64,000 nt of DNA from Eledone cirrhosa (taxonomy: Eukaryota), in the NCBI GenBank assembly GCA_964016885.1, contig OZ024740.1, forward strand, positions 326,182,001 through 326,246,000, given 5' to 3'. The translations under genes were made by a program, and so were the position numbers. Below, piece after piece: positions 12,815 to 25,445 of this stretch. The first letter of the stretch is position 1, and each line of letters opens with the position of its first letter. Under the pieces are notes generated by a model. It had not been told where the DNA came from and ran no database searches. It worked only from the letters and a program-made list of their open reading frames with translations.

Positions 12815-14555
12815 CCATCACTTCTGAATAATCCAGCCGGCTCCAGAACTGAGGGGATATTTAACCGAGCCTGGGCTCGTTTAATGATCAGGCTTAGTTC
12901 GGTGTGACGCCGGAACAAACCATGTAGTCTTGTGGAGTTGAGGGACTTACCACAGCGGCATCTCAAACCCCCACAGATATCGGCTCCCACTCGAAGTGCA
13001 ATGGAGATGTGAAGGTCGTCCTGACTGAGAAGACCACTAATATTGGCCACAAGCAGGGCTTCAAACTAGTCCCCTGTGAACTTTGGGCTTGCAATATGCG
13101 AGTGACACCTAGAAAATTGGTTGCAGTGATTAAAGAGAGATTTAAAAGTTTCCCATACTCTGCTTCCGTCTATCCTCATCACTAACGGTAACTGAGAAAC
13201 CCGGCTCTTTCCACTGTAATAAAGCTTCGTCCCTGGTGGAACTAGTTCAAGTTGGGGAGGTGAGGATGTCACCCACTAAAGGGGAGCAAGCGATATTGAT
13301 TTCACGTCCAACTTCGCTGTCATTTCGCTAGTGCGCATGATCAACCGGATATTGACTTCATTAGGCCACTGCCACAAAGTTACTGTAACGTAGTTATTTT
13401 TATCTACTATAACGAAAAGATTGTAGGACCGAGGGAAAAATAGAGAATACTGGTAATTATTCTCCATTCAACAATACGTTTAACCACCACTGAGATTCCA
13501 TCAGTAGCTGTGATTTATGCGAGGTATTTCATCTTAAAATTGTTTTCTTTATTCAATCGTCTTTTCTCTAATGTATCAAGACAACAATTGTTTTTAAGTT
13601 TTGTCTATATATATATAAGTGAAAGTAAAAATCAACCAATCCAGTATTGGATGTTTTGTGTAAACAATGAAAGCGAAAAAATTCTTAAAATACGTAAAAT
13701 ATAATAGTGATTTACAGAAGAAATTTAAAGCAAATGGTTAAATTTTATTATAGGTCGAAAACAAAAACTAACTTAACAGTCATGACAAGAACTTCAGCGG
13801 TCCAACTCCACCAAACGTCTCCAATACCACAGGCTGGAAAAAATAATTATTAGATAAATCTAGGTATTTCCGAATTTTATTCCGTCCGGCAACGGAAGCT
13901 GTGACCCCCACATTTACCGCGGCGTCTATGATGTTGGAGGGAGCAAAAGAGTCACTGACTGTAGCGTCCTAGATGAGACACCTACATCTTACCCATGGAC
14001 AAAGGGTAAGGCCGTCTGGTCACTTCCCATTACTTCTGGATAAACCAGCTGGTTCCGGAACTGAGGAGATACCTGAACCAGGGCCCGTTTGATGATCAGG
14101 TTAATCTCGGTGTGGCCGGCAAAACGACCAGCATTCAGACGACAGGACAAACCATGTAGCACTGCGAAGTCGAGGGACTTACCACAGCGTTATCTCAGAC
14201 CCACAACAAACGTTGGCTCCCACTCGAAGTGCAATGGAGATGTAGATCGTCTTGACTGAGAAAACCACTAATGTTGGCCACAGGCAGGGCTTCGAACCAG
14301 TCCCCCGAGAACGTTGCGCTTGCAGAAAATAAGCGGCACGTAGAAATTGATCGGAATGATCACAGTGAGAGTTGAACGTTTCCCTCTATGGCGGATTGTC
14401 CCATTCTCTCTGCTCCCGTCGACCTTCATCAGGAAGGGGAAGTGACAAACCCAGTCCTCGCCACTGTAGTAAAGTTTCATCCAACACCCTGGTGGAACTA
14501 ATCAAAGTTGGGGGGAGTGGAGAAGATATCACCCACTAAAGGGGAACAAGCGTGG
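12815..14555 (-). mobile_element. Two tandem CRE-clade (RLE-type) non-LTR retrotransposon 3' fragments
   Basis: Minus-strand peptides ALRVGA..CRCG..LHGL.C..H (zinc-knuckle-like) and EPAGLFRSDG / SNGK*PDGLT (PD-(D/E)xK endonuclease). Paralogous pairs at 44197-46305 and 56262-58350. Confidence 0.7.
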
Positions 14556-17500
14556 ATGGAGGAAAGAAAGCAAGGTAGAGATAAATGGTTAAATTTTATT
14601 GCAGGTCGAAAACTAAACCACCTAGACTGGAGTGTAATCGGCCGCTCCCTGTTTCTTGCATAAAATTATGATAGAAGGTTTTTAACATAACTCTTTAAAA
14701 TAAACAGTTTTGTATCTTACAAATCGCAGGTGATTTGATAAGAAAAGAGAAAATGTAACCACATCAGCGGTGTATTTCAGCTGCTATATATCTAGTACTC
14801 TGTATTAGTTGGATGTACAATGAAGGTTGGTGAATGTAGATTACAATGTGATCTTAACAGAGTTGATGGAATATGACCGTTGCCGAAGAGACCTCCGTTG
14901 TCCTACTTGGTCACGGACTACTAGTATTTTCATCTGCAAAACAGGGAGAAGGATATTTTGCCTTCCCTTTTAGGTGCTTCTCCAGAATAGTTCCTTCCTT
15001 CATGATAAATTAATATAAAAGAACGATATATTCCAAATTAGGTTTAGAGTTAACTAATTTATTTCACATTAGGGTTTAGGGTGCCTTACCATCGGCGTTC
15101 AGGGATACGCGTTAAATATATGTTTCTGGAAGAAAGGATAGCAATGAATGATGCAGTGATCTGAAAGAGACCCCATCAAGGAAATCTCAATCAACTGTCA
15201 CCCTTTTTTTTAGAAAATAAAATTTATATTCTGTTCACCTTTATTAAGTTAACTCTTAGTATCCTGTACCGGGCAAAAAAGCGAATTAATGAGAAATCGT
15301 TAAAACAATTATCGATTTTCTTTGTTACTAGTATTATAAAGAAATGACAAACTCTCTAATGCAAGGGAAGTAACTTCGTGTGTATGAGTTTTTTTTCTTG
15401 CAACACATTTAAATTTCAACGAAAATGGGGTTTTAGTTTATTTTTTCCCCCTGATATTTTCATTTTAAAAATTGATGAAGAATATTTATGATCTCTCTTA
15501 TGCACATTTTCTCTCTCAGTTCATTGATGTTTCATCGTTCGTGTACACCTTTATTGCAGTTCACAGGAGCATCCATATCTCATTTCTTTCCAAGCTTCGT
15601 AGGTTTTCTGCACACATGGCCAAAGTCTCACTTCCATGTAGTATTGCCGATCATACACATGTATCATACCATCTGCCGTAGTATAAGCTTTCTGAATTCT
15701 TTCCATTCAGTTCTCATTCTGGCTACTGTACTTTAAGTACATCCACCTGGCTGACAGTCCAGTCTGAAGGGGCTAAGCTGTCAAAGTGTCAGCCACTCTC
15801 TGATAGGCTTGTGGACCACACCCCTGCTTACTGTTATCGGAGCGAAGTTAGCTGGCTGCAGGTGCGAACTCCGTTCTAGCGCATCTCCATCGCGGATCTT
15901 CGGGACAATGTCTTCTCTATCCTGTCTGTCGGGAAATGAGGCAGATGACATTAAGACAGGAGTAGGGTGGCAGCCATCAGACGAAAGGGTTAATAATGCT
16001 GACACACACAGCTATATATAGTTCAACATTATTACGATTGAATTTAATCTAGATGTAGATAAATTTTCCAGGAATAGACAATTTCTCATTTGATATCGAA
16101 ACGATTTAAGCTTAGTTGTTGGACAAATAATCCCTATAGTATGCCTGATGTAAAATGATGTTTGGTCACCCAGATAACAAAATACCAACCTTGAGCATTT
16201 GATAGAGCTTGTTTCATGTGATCTCTGGCTGTTTACTGTTCTTGTGCATCTGCCACACACAAAGCCTACATTGTTTTGCTATCCTGCCTGAGATCCTGCT
16301 ACATTCTTGTGTACTCATAATTTACATATAACCCACAAAATGGAATTTTTCCTACTCCTTTCCTGCATACTGGGTAAGACCATTTCCCTGATGGAATCAA
16401 AGCCGTGTTTTCCTTTCTACTTACTAGAACTTTAGTGTTTGCCTTGTTGACTCCAGTTTTTACTTCAAGAATGGAATTTCTTTTTTAATTTTGCCACATA
16501 ATCAGCTATGAAGCCTAAGATCATCAGGCAGAGGGAAATAAGATGGAGCAATACAGAACATACGGTATATACTCATATATAAGCCAAGAAATATGTAACC
16601 ATAGAAATGATGGTAAAATGTGGCCGGCCTATATTTGGCTCAATATTTTGCAGATTTTCACTTCAAAATTCTATGTAAATGAGGTGCTAAATTATTTTTG
16701 TTTTGGAGGACAATATTACACTGTTTTCACTTTCGACGTGAAATTCGTTTTTCCTACTGTTTTTGATATTTAATGAATATGGCCTTCAAAATGGTCAGAA
16801 ATTCTCAAACATAAAATAGGGGTTTGGTTTATATTCGGATCGGCTTACATTCAAATATATGTGATAAGTGCTTTTTGTTATTGCCTATAAAGTCCTTCTA
16901 TACATCCGTTATCAGTGCCATGATGAAGTTCTTCCTCCAGCCCACCCTGTCAAGCATTGCTGTCTGTTTCCAACCTGGTGTCATCTTCAAGAACATCCTT
17001 CAGTGTGGTAGTTGTTCTCCCAACTCGTCTGCACACATCAGATTCTGTATGCTGACAACCTGGTTCTTTTTTCTGAATCTAAAAAAAAAAAAGAGTACAA
17101 ATTCTTACTGTGGAAATAGAACTTAGAATTAAAAGGATTCAGAGTAAACTTAGCAAAGACCAAAGTTTTACTAAGTAGGAAATAAAGGCAGGACTTCAGC
17201 CTTATCAGGGAAATGGTCATGCTTGGTTTGTAGAAAAGGATGAGGTTGGAACTCTAAACAGTGTACACAATGTAAAACATATGTACACAAGAGATGTAGT
17301 GAGATAGTAAGCAGACTAACAGAAAAGGTAGACTTTGTAGGTAATGAGCCTTGTATGAGGCCCAGTGTAATAAACTTTAAAATCTTAGGAAAGCTCCAAA
17401 CAAATATTTAATAGCTTTTGCTACTTAGGTGATTGAATTAGCAATGGAGGAGGTTGCTCTGAAAGTATAATTGCTGGAAAAAGTTCAGTGAACTACTGCC

Positions 17501-17629
17501 TCTGTTGATAAAATGTTTCTCTATATGAACAAAAGACTAACTGTATGAAACCTGCATCCAATCCATACAAACAGAAAAAGATGATGGTGATCTTATACAA
17601 CTTGTATCTATCACTTGAGTTTAGCATTA

Positions 17630-18480
17630 TATAATATACAATCTGAAGGTGTAGCTATAGTTTAATATCATCGTCATCATCACATCCACTTATCTGAATG
17701 TGTATTTGTAGTTTAATATATATATATGATGTTACTCGATCTGAAGGTTTAAATATAATTTAACATATGTATTATAATTGTTTCTACTTTAGGCACAAGG
17801 TCAGCAATTTGGGGGAGGGGAAAGTTGATTAAATCAATCCCAGTACATTCCTGGTGCTTTATTTTATCGACCCTGTGAGGATGAAAGGCAAAGTTAACAA
17901 TAGCAGTATTTGAACTCAGAATGTAAAGGGCTATAACTCTATGCTGCACAGGATGGTGTCCGATACTGCCAATCTGAAGGTATCTGTAGTTTAACATATA
18001 TATGTCATACAATTTGAAGGTGTAGCTGTAATTTAACATGTATATAGTATAACATAATCTGAATGTATTTATAGTTTAGCCCTTAAGCATTTAAACCTGC
18101 CATCTCCGGCCAGAATTCTCTCGCCTCTTTCTGTTCAAATCCTCCGTAACCGGCTGCTTATCCAATATTAATGTATTGTTCTCAAAATAAATGACATCAA
18201 CATCTCATAGATTCGATATTATGTGAGATAAAGCTTTTACCACGAATATGCAATTGTAATTATAGAGTAATGTATATGCTAAATGGTTAACTATATATGT
18301 ATATCTCACAATCTGAAGGTGTTTCTGTAGGTTAACATATATGTATGTCACATAATCTTAAGATGTGGCTGTAGGTTAATATATATATGTTACACAATCT
18401 GAAGGTGTAGCTATAGTTTAATATATGATGGTGTAGTTGTAGTTTAATATATATATGTGTTTGTGTTATACAATGTGAAG
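17630..18480 (+). repeat. Degenerate ~40-bp minisatellite (ACAATCTGAAGGTGTAGCTATAGTTTAATATATATG) upstream of ZNF-B coding exon
   Basis: Repeated AATCTGAAGGT motif. Paralogous arrays at 49130-49980 and 62790-63140. Confidence 0.7.
18076..18290. mobile_element. MITE with piggyBac-like termini
   Basis: Termini TTAG-CCCTTAAGCAT ... ATGCTAAATGG-TTAA (imperfect TIR, TTAA-type target). Paralog at ~49567-49781. Confidence 0.55.
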
Positions 18481-18696
18481 ATAATTTTTACATCTATGGT
18501 TTATCAATATACAAATGTAGTAAAGATCCCACTGTTCATTTTCTACATTTTAAATATTCTCAGTATCTTATACTGTTCTTTTTAAATTATTATTTCAGAA
18601 TCTCACATGACATTGACATTTAAGAATTCTTTACATTAGATACATCATCAATATTTATCATCTTTTGAAGACTAAAGAAAGACATACAGAACAGAA

Positions 18697-19830
18697 ATGA
18701 GTGAAGAAAAAATTATGGAAAACAAAATATGGGAGGAAAAGATTGAAATTAAGATAGAGCCAGAAAGCAATGATTTTCCTGGTGAGGTATTGAAAGAGAC
18801 AGGAAAAGCATTGTATCCTTGTGATATCTCTGATAAATCATTCTCCAAAGAATATCAACTAACTTCTCACAAATCTATTCCTATAGGAGAGGAGCTATAC
18901 CACTGTGATATCTGTGGGAAATCATTCTCTCAAAATAATACATTGACTAGACACAAACGTATTCATAAACAACAGAAGCCACATCACTGTGATATCTGTG
19001 GGAAATCATTCTCTCGAAATGATGCGTTAACTCAACACAAAAGTATTCATACTGGAGGACAGCCATATCAATGTGATATTTGTGATAAAACATTCTCTGA
19101 AGCAAGCAGGTTAACTAAACACAAACTTATTCATACAGAAGAGGAGCCATTTCACTGTGATTTCTGCAGTAAATCATTTTCTCAGAATGGAGAATTAACT
19201 AAACACAAGCAGGTTCATAGAGGAGAGAAGCCATTTCGTTGTGATATCTGTGGTAAATCTTTTTCTACAAATGGAGGCTTAACTAAACACAAGCGTCTTC
19301 ACACAGGAGAGAAGCCATATCACTGTGATATTTGTGGTAAATCATTCGCTCGAAATGAAAATTTAAGAGTACACAAACACATGCATACAGGGGAGAAGCC
19401 ATATCACTGTGACATCTGTGATAAATCATTCTTTCAAAATGGTGACTTAACTTCTCATAAACGTGTTCATACAAGAGATAAGTTGTATCTCTGTGATATC
19501 TGTGGTCAGTCATTCTGTCATAAAAATTCCTTAAATAGACACAAACGCACTCATACAGGTGAGAAGCCATATCGTTGTGATATCTGTGGTAAATCTTTCA
19601 CTGATAATAGTCCTTTAACAAAGCATATACGCACACATACAGGAGAGAAGCCATATCGCTGTGACATCTGTGGTAAATCGTTCTCTCGGAGTGGGGACTT
19701 AACTTTGCACATACGTACACATACTGGAGAGAAACCTTATCATTGTATAATTTGTGGTAAATCATTCTCTACAAATGGATCCTTAAAGTCTCACAAACGT
19801 GTTCATACAGGAGAAAAGTCATATCTCTGA
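18697..19830 (+). CDS. C2H2 zinc-finger protein B1, 377 aa, 12 finger units (first degenerate), no KRAB/SCAN/BTB domain
   Basis: Uninterrupted ORF with [10 protein letters not shown]...HTGEKPY repeats. Candidate acceptor TTTCAG at 18593-18598 precedes the ATG, implying a single coding exon with an upstream non-coding exon. Confidence 0.92.
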   Translation: MSEEKIMENKIWEEKIEIKIEPESNDFPGEVLKETGKALYPCDISDKSFSKEYQLTSHKSIPIGEELYHCDICGKSFSQNNTLTRHKRIHKQQKPHHCDICGKSFSRNDALTQHKSIHTGGQPYQCDICDKTFSEASRLTKHKLIHTEEEPFHCDFCSKSFSQNGELTKHKQVHRGEKPFRCDICGKSFSTNGGLTKHKRLHTGEKPYHCDICGKSFARNENLRVHKHMHTGEKPYHCDICDKSFFQNGDLTSHKRVHTRDKLYLCDICGQSFCHKNSLNRHKRTHTGEKPYRCDICGKSFTDNSPLTKHIRTHTGEKPYRCDICGKSFSRSGDLTLHIRTHTGEKPYHCIICGKSFSTNGSLKSHKRVHTGEKSYL

Positions 19831-20369
19831 TCTATTTGGTAAAAAAATTATCCTAACTACCCTTATATGTATTGATATAGGAGAGTAACCATATCAAGTC
19901 ATTCTAATAAAAAAATATCTTATAAATGTATTCACACAGCAAAGAACATATTACAATGTTTGGTAACAATCTTTGAACACTATATTTTATATAACCACAT
20001 TTATCTACATTACTGAGATAACTTATTATGATGCTTTTAATAAAATTATTCTTTCACAAATAGCATTATTGTCATTATTATTTTACGAGTGCTTTTTCAT
20101 TTTTGCATAAGTTGAATAATTCTTTTCCAGCACAGCTTTCCTCCACCTACTGTATTTTTTCATCAGATTCAACCTTTTGAAATCTACTATCACTACTTCC
20201 CAGCTTTTTTTAGACCTTCCTCTACTGCAAATTCCTTTCATTGGGAACTTCTAGCACATCTTCACCTAACTATGATTGTCAGTATGCATCACATTGCCAA
20301 ACCAGTGTGGTCTTGTCTTTTGTACACTACATTTGATTCTTCTTATATTCAAAGTTACTTATTACTTCT

Positions 20370-21805
20370 ATTTAGCTCCTATTTTTAGCACATCTATGGA
20401 CCCTCATGAGGTGCCCCCTCTCCCCTTTAGCTGCTTTTTCTAGCACACTTATGGAGCACTATGAGGTTCCTGCTATTTACCTGCTATTTCTAGCAGACCT
20501 ATGAACCACCATGTATTTAGCTGATATTTCTAGCAGACCTATGAACCACCTGTATTTAGCTGATATTTCCTATGAAATAGGTGCAACCACATGCTGGACT
20601 ATAGGTATGTTAGAAAGAGCAGCTATGTCAGCTTAACAGGGGTAACCTCCTGGTGAACTATAATTGGACTAGAAATAGCGGCGGAACATGGAAAATCTCA
20701 TAGATGTCTATAGGTGAGCGAAATATAGCAGCTAAATACAGGGAACCACAGAATGGATAATAGGAGTGCTAGAAATAGCAGCTAAATAGGGAGAACCACA
20801 TGATGGTGCATAAGTTTGCTCGAAATAGCAACTAAAAAGTGGGAACCACATGGAAATAGAAGCTACATCATCTGAAGAGGGGGGACCTTATGGTGGTCTA
20901 TAGGTGTGCTACAAATACCAGCAAAAAAGGGGGAACCACAGAATGATCTATAGGTTTGCTACAAATAGCAGCTAAATAAAGGGAACCTCATGATCGTCCA
21001 AATCTATGTAAGAAAAAGCAGCTAAATAGGTGTTCAAGAAAAAGCAGCTGAATTGTGGGAACATCATCGTTGTCTATAAGTGTGCTAGAAGCAGCAGCTA
21101 AATAGAGGGAAACTCATGATGGTCCATATGTGTGTGTTAGAAATAGCATCTAAATAGGGTACCACATGGTGCTACATAGTTTGCTAGAAATAGCAGCTAA
21201 ATAGGAGAAATTTTATGGTAGTCCTTAGGTATGCTAGAAATTGCAGCTAATTAGGGGGAACATCATGGTGGTCCAAAGATGTGCTACAAATAGCAGCTAC
21301 ATCAGCTAAATAGGGGAAACTTCATGGCAGTCAATAGCAGCTAAATATGGGGGTCCTCATGGTGGTCCATATGTGTGTTAGAAATAGCAGCTAAATAGGG
21401 AGAACCTTATGGTGGTCCATAGTAGGTGTGCTAGAAATAGCTAAATAGATGGAACCACATCGTGGTCTACAGGTATGTTAAAAAGAGCAGCTACATTAAC
21501 TTAACAGGGGGAACCTCATGGTGGTCTGTAGGTGTGCTACAAATAGAAGCTAATTGGGGGAAACCTCAGAGTGATCTCGCAGCTAAGTAGTGGGAACCAC
21601 ACAGTGATCCATAAGTATGCTAGAAATAGCAGCTTCATCAGCTAAACAGGCGGAACCTCGTGGTGGTCCATAGGTGTGGTAGAAATAAATGCTACATCAG
21701 CTAAACGGTGAATAATAGCTACATCAGCTAAGTAGGGGGAATCTTATGGTGGTGCATAGGTGTGCTAGATTAGCTAAACAGGAGGACCCACAAGGTGGTC
21801 CATAG
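20370..21805. repeat. ~50-bp satellite (GTGTGCTAGAAATAGCAGCTAAATAGGGGGAACCTCATGGTGGTCCATAG) with inverted first block
   Basis: Units read TTTAGCTGCTATTTCTAGCAC at 20370-20570, then GTGCTAGAAATAGCAGCTAAA from ~20580 onward. Confidence 0.9.
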
Positions 21806-21832
21806 ATGATATACACACATATATATATATAT

Positions 21833-22173
21833 ATCATTTTATCATTTCATTTTACGTCCGCTTTTTCCCTGCTTGCAAGGGTGGGACGGGAACTGATTTG
21901 GCTTGATTTCTACAGCTGGATGCCCTTCCTAACACCAACCTCATTTACAGTGAGTGCTGGGTGCTTTTTTGCCATGACACCTCCACGACCACTTTGCAGT
22001 GGTATGATATGGATCCCAGTCCCTATCACCTCATTTCTACAGCTGAGTAATCTGGAGCAATGTGAAATAAAGTGTCTTGCTCAAGGAAACAACACATCAT
22101 TCAGTCTGAGAATTGAACTCACAACCTTTCGATTGCAAGGCCAATGCTCTAACCACTAAGCCATGTGCCTCCA
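21833..22173 (-). mobile_element. tRNA/RTE-tail SINE copy
   Basis: Near-identical to 8383-8730. Confidence 0.85.
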
Positions 22174-22221
22174 TATATATATATAATATAAAATCAAAAG
22201 AATGGTTAAAAGAGTTCCATG

Positions 22222-22293
22222 TATTTTATTATGCGCATTTCAAAAACAAATATCATCATGGGATGATATTTTGCGTTCTCATCAGATAAAATA
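22222..22293 (-). ncRNA. Minimal type I hammerhead ribozyme
   Basis: Minus strand TATTTTAT-CTGATGA-GAACGCAAAATATCATC-CCAT-GATGATATTTGTTTTT-GAA-ATGCGCAT-A-ATAAAATA: 8-bp stem I, long stem II, palindromic stem III, AUA triplet. Confidence 0.8.
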
Positions 22294-22452
22294 GGGAGAC
22301 ATGATATGAAGCTTAAAAAACACTTGCAAGCAGTGAAGTGTCAAATCAACATATTTATACTCCAGTCCTATAAACTGTTATGTGCTACTTATCCGATATT
22401 TGCATTGCTTTATTGTGCTACAATAAAACTCACCTCCTACATATATATATAT

Positions 22453-25445
22453 AGGCGCTATAAAAGACAGATTCTACGAGACACTGATGCTCGCTACCTC
22501 CCAAATAACCGACAGTGACTATATAGTTATTGCAGGCGACCTAAATGGTCACGTTGGACAACATTGTGACGGCTATGACGGAATCCATGGAGGCTATGGG
22601 TTCGGTACTAGAAATGAGGAAGGCTCCAGAATCCTGGAATTCTGCGACGCAAATAACTTAACTATCTGTAACACTAACTTCAAAAAACGAGACAATCACT
22701 TGATCACCTATAGATCGGGGGAACACACAAGCCAGGTAGATTATATCCTTACCAGAAGACGTGACAGAGTGTCTGTTGTTAACACTAAATCCCACCCCCA
22801 TGAAGAATTCACCTCCCAACATAGACTGATAATTAGCGACCTCATAGTCAGGACGAGACGTACTAGACAGCGGAAGAGGACTATCCTCAGGAGAAAAATA
22901 TGGAAGCTAAAGGACCCCATAGCCAGAAATAAATTTCAAAGCATATTACTTGACGCTTTCGACAGTAAGGAAGAGCAATTAGAGTCGTATAATATAGAGG
23001 AACAGTGGGAATTCCTGAGAGCAAACCTGCTGACGGCGGCAGACGAAATCTGTGGCTGGAGCAGGCCTGTAGGTAGGAGGAGAGTAACATGGTGGTGGAA
23101 CAGTAAGGTGGAGGAGTCAATTAAGGCCAAAAAGCAGGCTTGGAAAGTATGGCGGGATGGGGGAAGTAGAGAAGACTATCAAGTGGCCAGGAGGGAAGCT
23201 AGGAGACAAGTGTACTTCTTAAGAAGGGAAGCAGAGGAAAGAAAGTTCAAGCATGTTCTACAACGTGAGGACCAAAAACGTGAGGTGTTCAGGATTGCCA
23301 GGCAATGTGTCAAGGAAAACCGTGATATTGTCGGGGAGAAGTGTGTACTTAACGATGATGGCATACTTGCCATCACCGACGTTGATAAGAAGGTAGCTTG
23401 GAAGTGTCACTACGAAAGGCTTCTAAATGAGGAGAACAAATGGGAGAAAGACAGTCTCCCCCAGATCGATCCAATAGAGGGACCAGCAGTGTTAGTTGAA
23501 GGTAGTATAATAAGTAAGGCAATCAAAGATATGAAGACGGGTAAGGCGGCTGGGCCTTCGGAAATAGTTGCTGAGATGTTGAAGGCATCTGGTTCGGTGG
23601 GACACACCATGGTCACCCGGATAGTTAACCAAGTCGTACAGAATGGGGTTGTTCCGAAGGAATGGCGTAGCAGCATCATCGTTAACTGCTATAAGGGAAA
23701 AGGAGATGCCCTAGATAGGAGTAACTATAGAGGCATTAAATTAATCGACCAGGTCATGAAGGTCACGGAAAAAGTAATAGCGCAACTAATCAGAGAGAGA
23801 ATTGATCTAGATGAAATGCAGTTCGGGTTTGTGTCAGGCAAAAGTACCACAGACGCTCTTTTCATTGTACGACAACTACAGGAGAAGTACCTAGCTAAAA
23901 GTAAACCCCTATACTTAGCTTTCGTCGACTTGGAGAAAGCCTTCGACAGAGTCCCCCGTTCCATTATCTGGTGGTCTCTTAGAAAACTAGGTGTTGACGA
24001 ATGGCTTGTGAGAGCTATACAAGCCATGTATAAAGAAACAGTCAGTAAGGTTAGAATTAACAACGAATATAGTGAAGAGTTTAGCGTAAAAGTTGGTGTC
24101 CATCAGGGCTCTGTTCTTAGCCCCCTACTATTTATTATTGCCCTTCAGGCTATAACAGAGGAGTTCAAGACCGGCTGCCCATGGGAACTCCTATACGCAG
24201 ATGATCTAACGCTCATAGCTGAATCAATGACCGAACTAGAGAAGAAATTCCAAACATGGAAGCACGGCCTAGAATCAAAAGGCCTTAAAATTAACCTGGC
24301 TAAGACTAAAGTTCTAGTTTGTAGGAAAGAAAATAAGGCGGCGGTCCCATCTGGGAAATGGCCATGCTCCGTTATCTGGGTGACAAAATCAGCAGTGGGG
24401 GAGGGTGCTCTGAAAGTACAGTAGCTAGAGTCAGAACTGGATGGAAAAAGTTCAGAGAGCTTATACCACTATTAGCCGCTAGAGGGTTCTCCCTAAAAAT
24501 GAAAGGCAGGTTATACGATGCCTGCATACGAACAGCAATGCTGCATGGCAGTGAGACCTGGCCATTGTGTGCAGAGGATATACGCAGACTAGAGAGGAAC
24601 GAAGCTTGCATGCTCCGCTGGATGTGCAATAGTAATATACGTGAACGGCAAAGCATAAACGAACTAAGGAAAAAATTAGAAATAAGAGGGATCAGATGTT
24701 GTTTACTCGACATAAGGCTACGTTGGTATGGTCACGTGATGCGCATGAAAGACGACAGCTGTATAACAAAGTGCAGGGCAATAAAGATAGACGGTAGCCA
24801 CGGAGTAGGCAGACCCAGAAAAACATGGGACGAGCTGATAAATTCCGACCTCACACGCTTACACCTCTCCAAGACAATGTCACTGGACCGAGACCTTTGG
24901 CGGTACTCAGTAATAGAGAAGACCCGCCTTACCTAAATACAAAGTAAAAACCTACTACAGTCAGTAGGCATCTCTATCAAAACACACCCCCGTCCCACCA
25001 CCTCCACCCCACCCACACCGCCCCTTTCAATGTAAAGTTATGTTGGTCCCACAACATCCAGGCCGAAACAAATGAGATCGTGTAGGTGTCACAACAAAAA
25101 ACACACAGTCCACGCTATAAATGTGGCCGTGTAGGCAACACGGTAAAAACCTCCCAGCCCCACACTGTAAATGTGGTTGGTGTTAGGAAGGGCATCCAGC
25201 TGTAGAAAACCCGCCAGACAGTCCACGCTGTAATGTGGCCGTGTAGGCAACACGGTAAAAACCTCCCAGCCCCACACTGTAAATGTGGTTGGTGTTAGGA
25301 AGGGCATCCAACTGTAGAAAACCCGCCAGACAGTCCTATGCGAGCAAGACAACCACTCTTGCCTCAAGTGGGAAAACCCCCGTCCAAACCCATGCAAGCA
25401 TGGAACACGGACGCTAAACCTGATGATGATGATGATGATGATGAT
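22453..25445 (+). mobile_element. RTE-clade LINE, 5'-truncated, (GAT)n tail
   Basis: ORF 22487-24424 has APE motifs (AGDLNGHVG, SQVDYIL) and RT motifs (FVDLEKAFDRV, QGSVLSPLLF, YADD). C-terminus continues in another frame (24358-24936). 3'UTR has a ~120-bp tandem duplication and TGATGATGA tail. Confidence 0.93.

Larger units (their letters stand above)
3870..21805 (+). repeat. Segmental duplication unit 1 (ZNF-A1 + ZNF-B1)
   Basis: Colinear, near-identical blocks with unit 2 (e.g. 5590-6065 = 28203-28678; 6860-8990 = 36955-39057; 17040-18900 = 48525-50400). The ORF track is duplicated accordingly. Confidence 0.92.

Noticed and set aside
15068-15082. Telomeric repeat TTAGGGTTTAGGG
   Set aside because: Only two imperfect units; not an interstitial telomere array.
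19283-19570. Antisense ORFs over ZNF and RTE coding regions (also 51645-51932, 52194-52481, 33919-35106)
   Set aside because: Shadow frames of repetitive or codon-biased sense ORFs.
20580-21805. CRISPR-like array; core GCTAGAAATAGCA also matches the SpCas9 sgRNA scaffold tetraloop
   Set aside because: The 'spacers' are homologous to each other, the repeats are degenerate, there are no cas genes and the context is eukaryotic. The scaffold match is a short hairpin coincidence without GTTTTAGA or tracr sequence.
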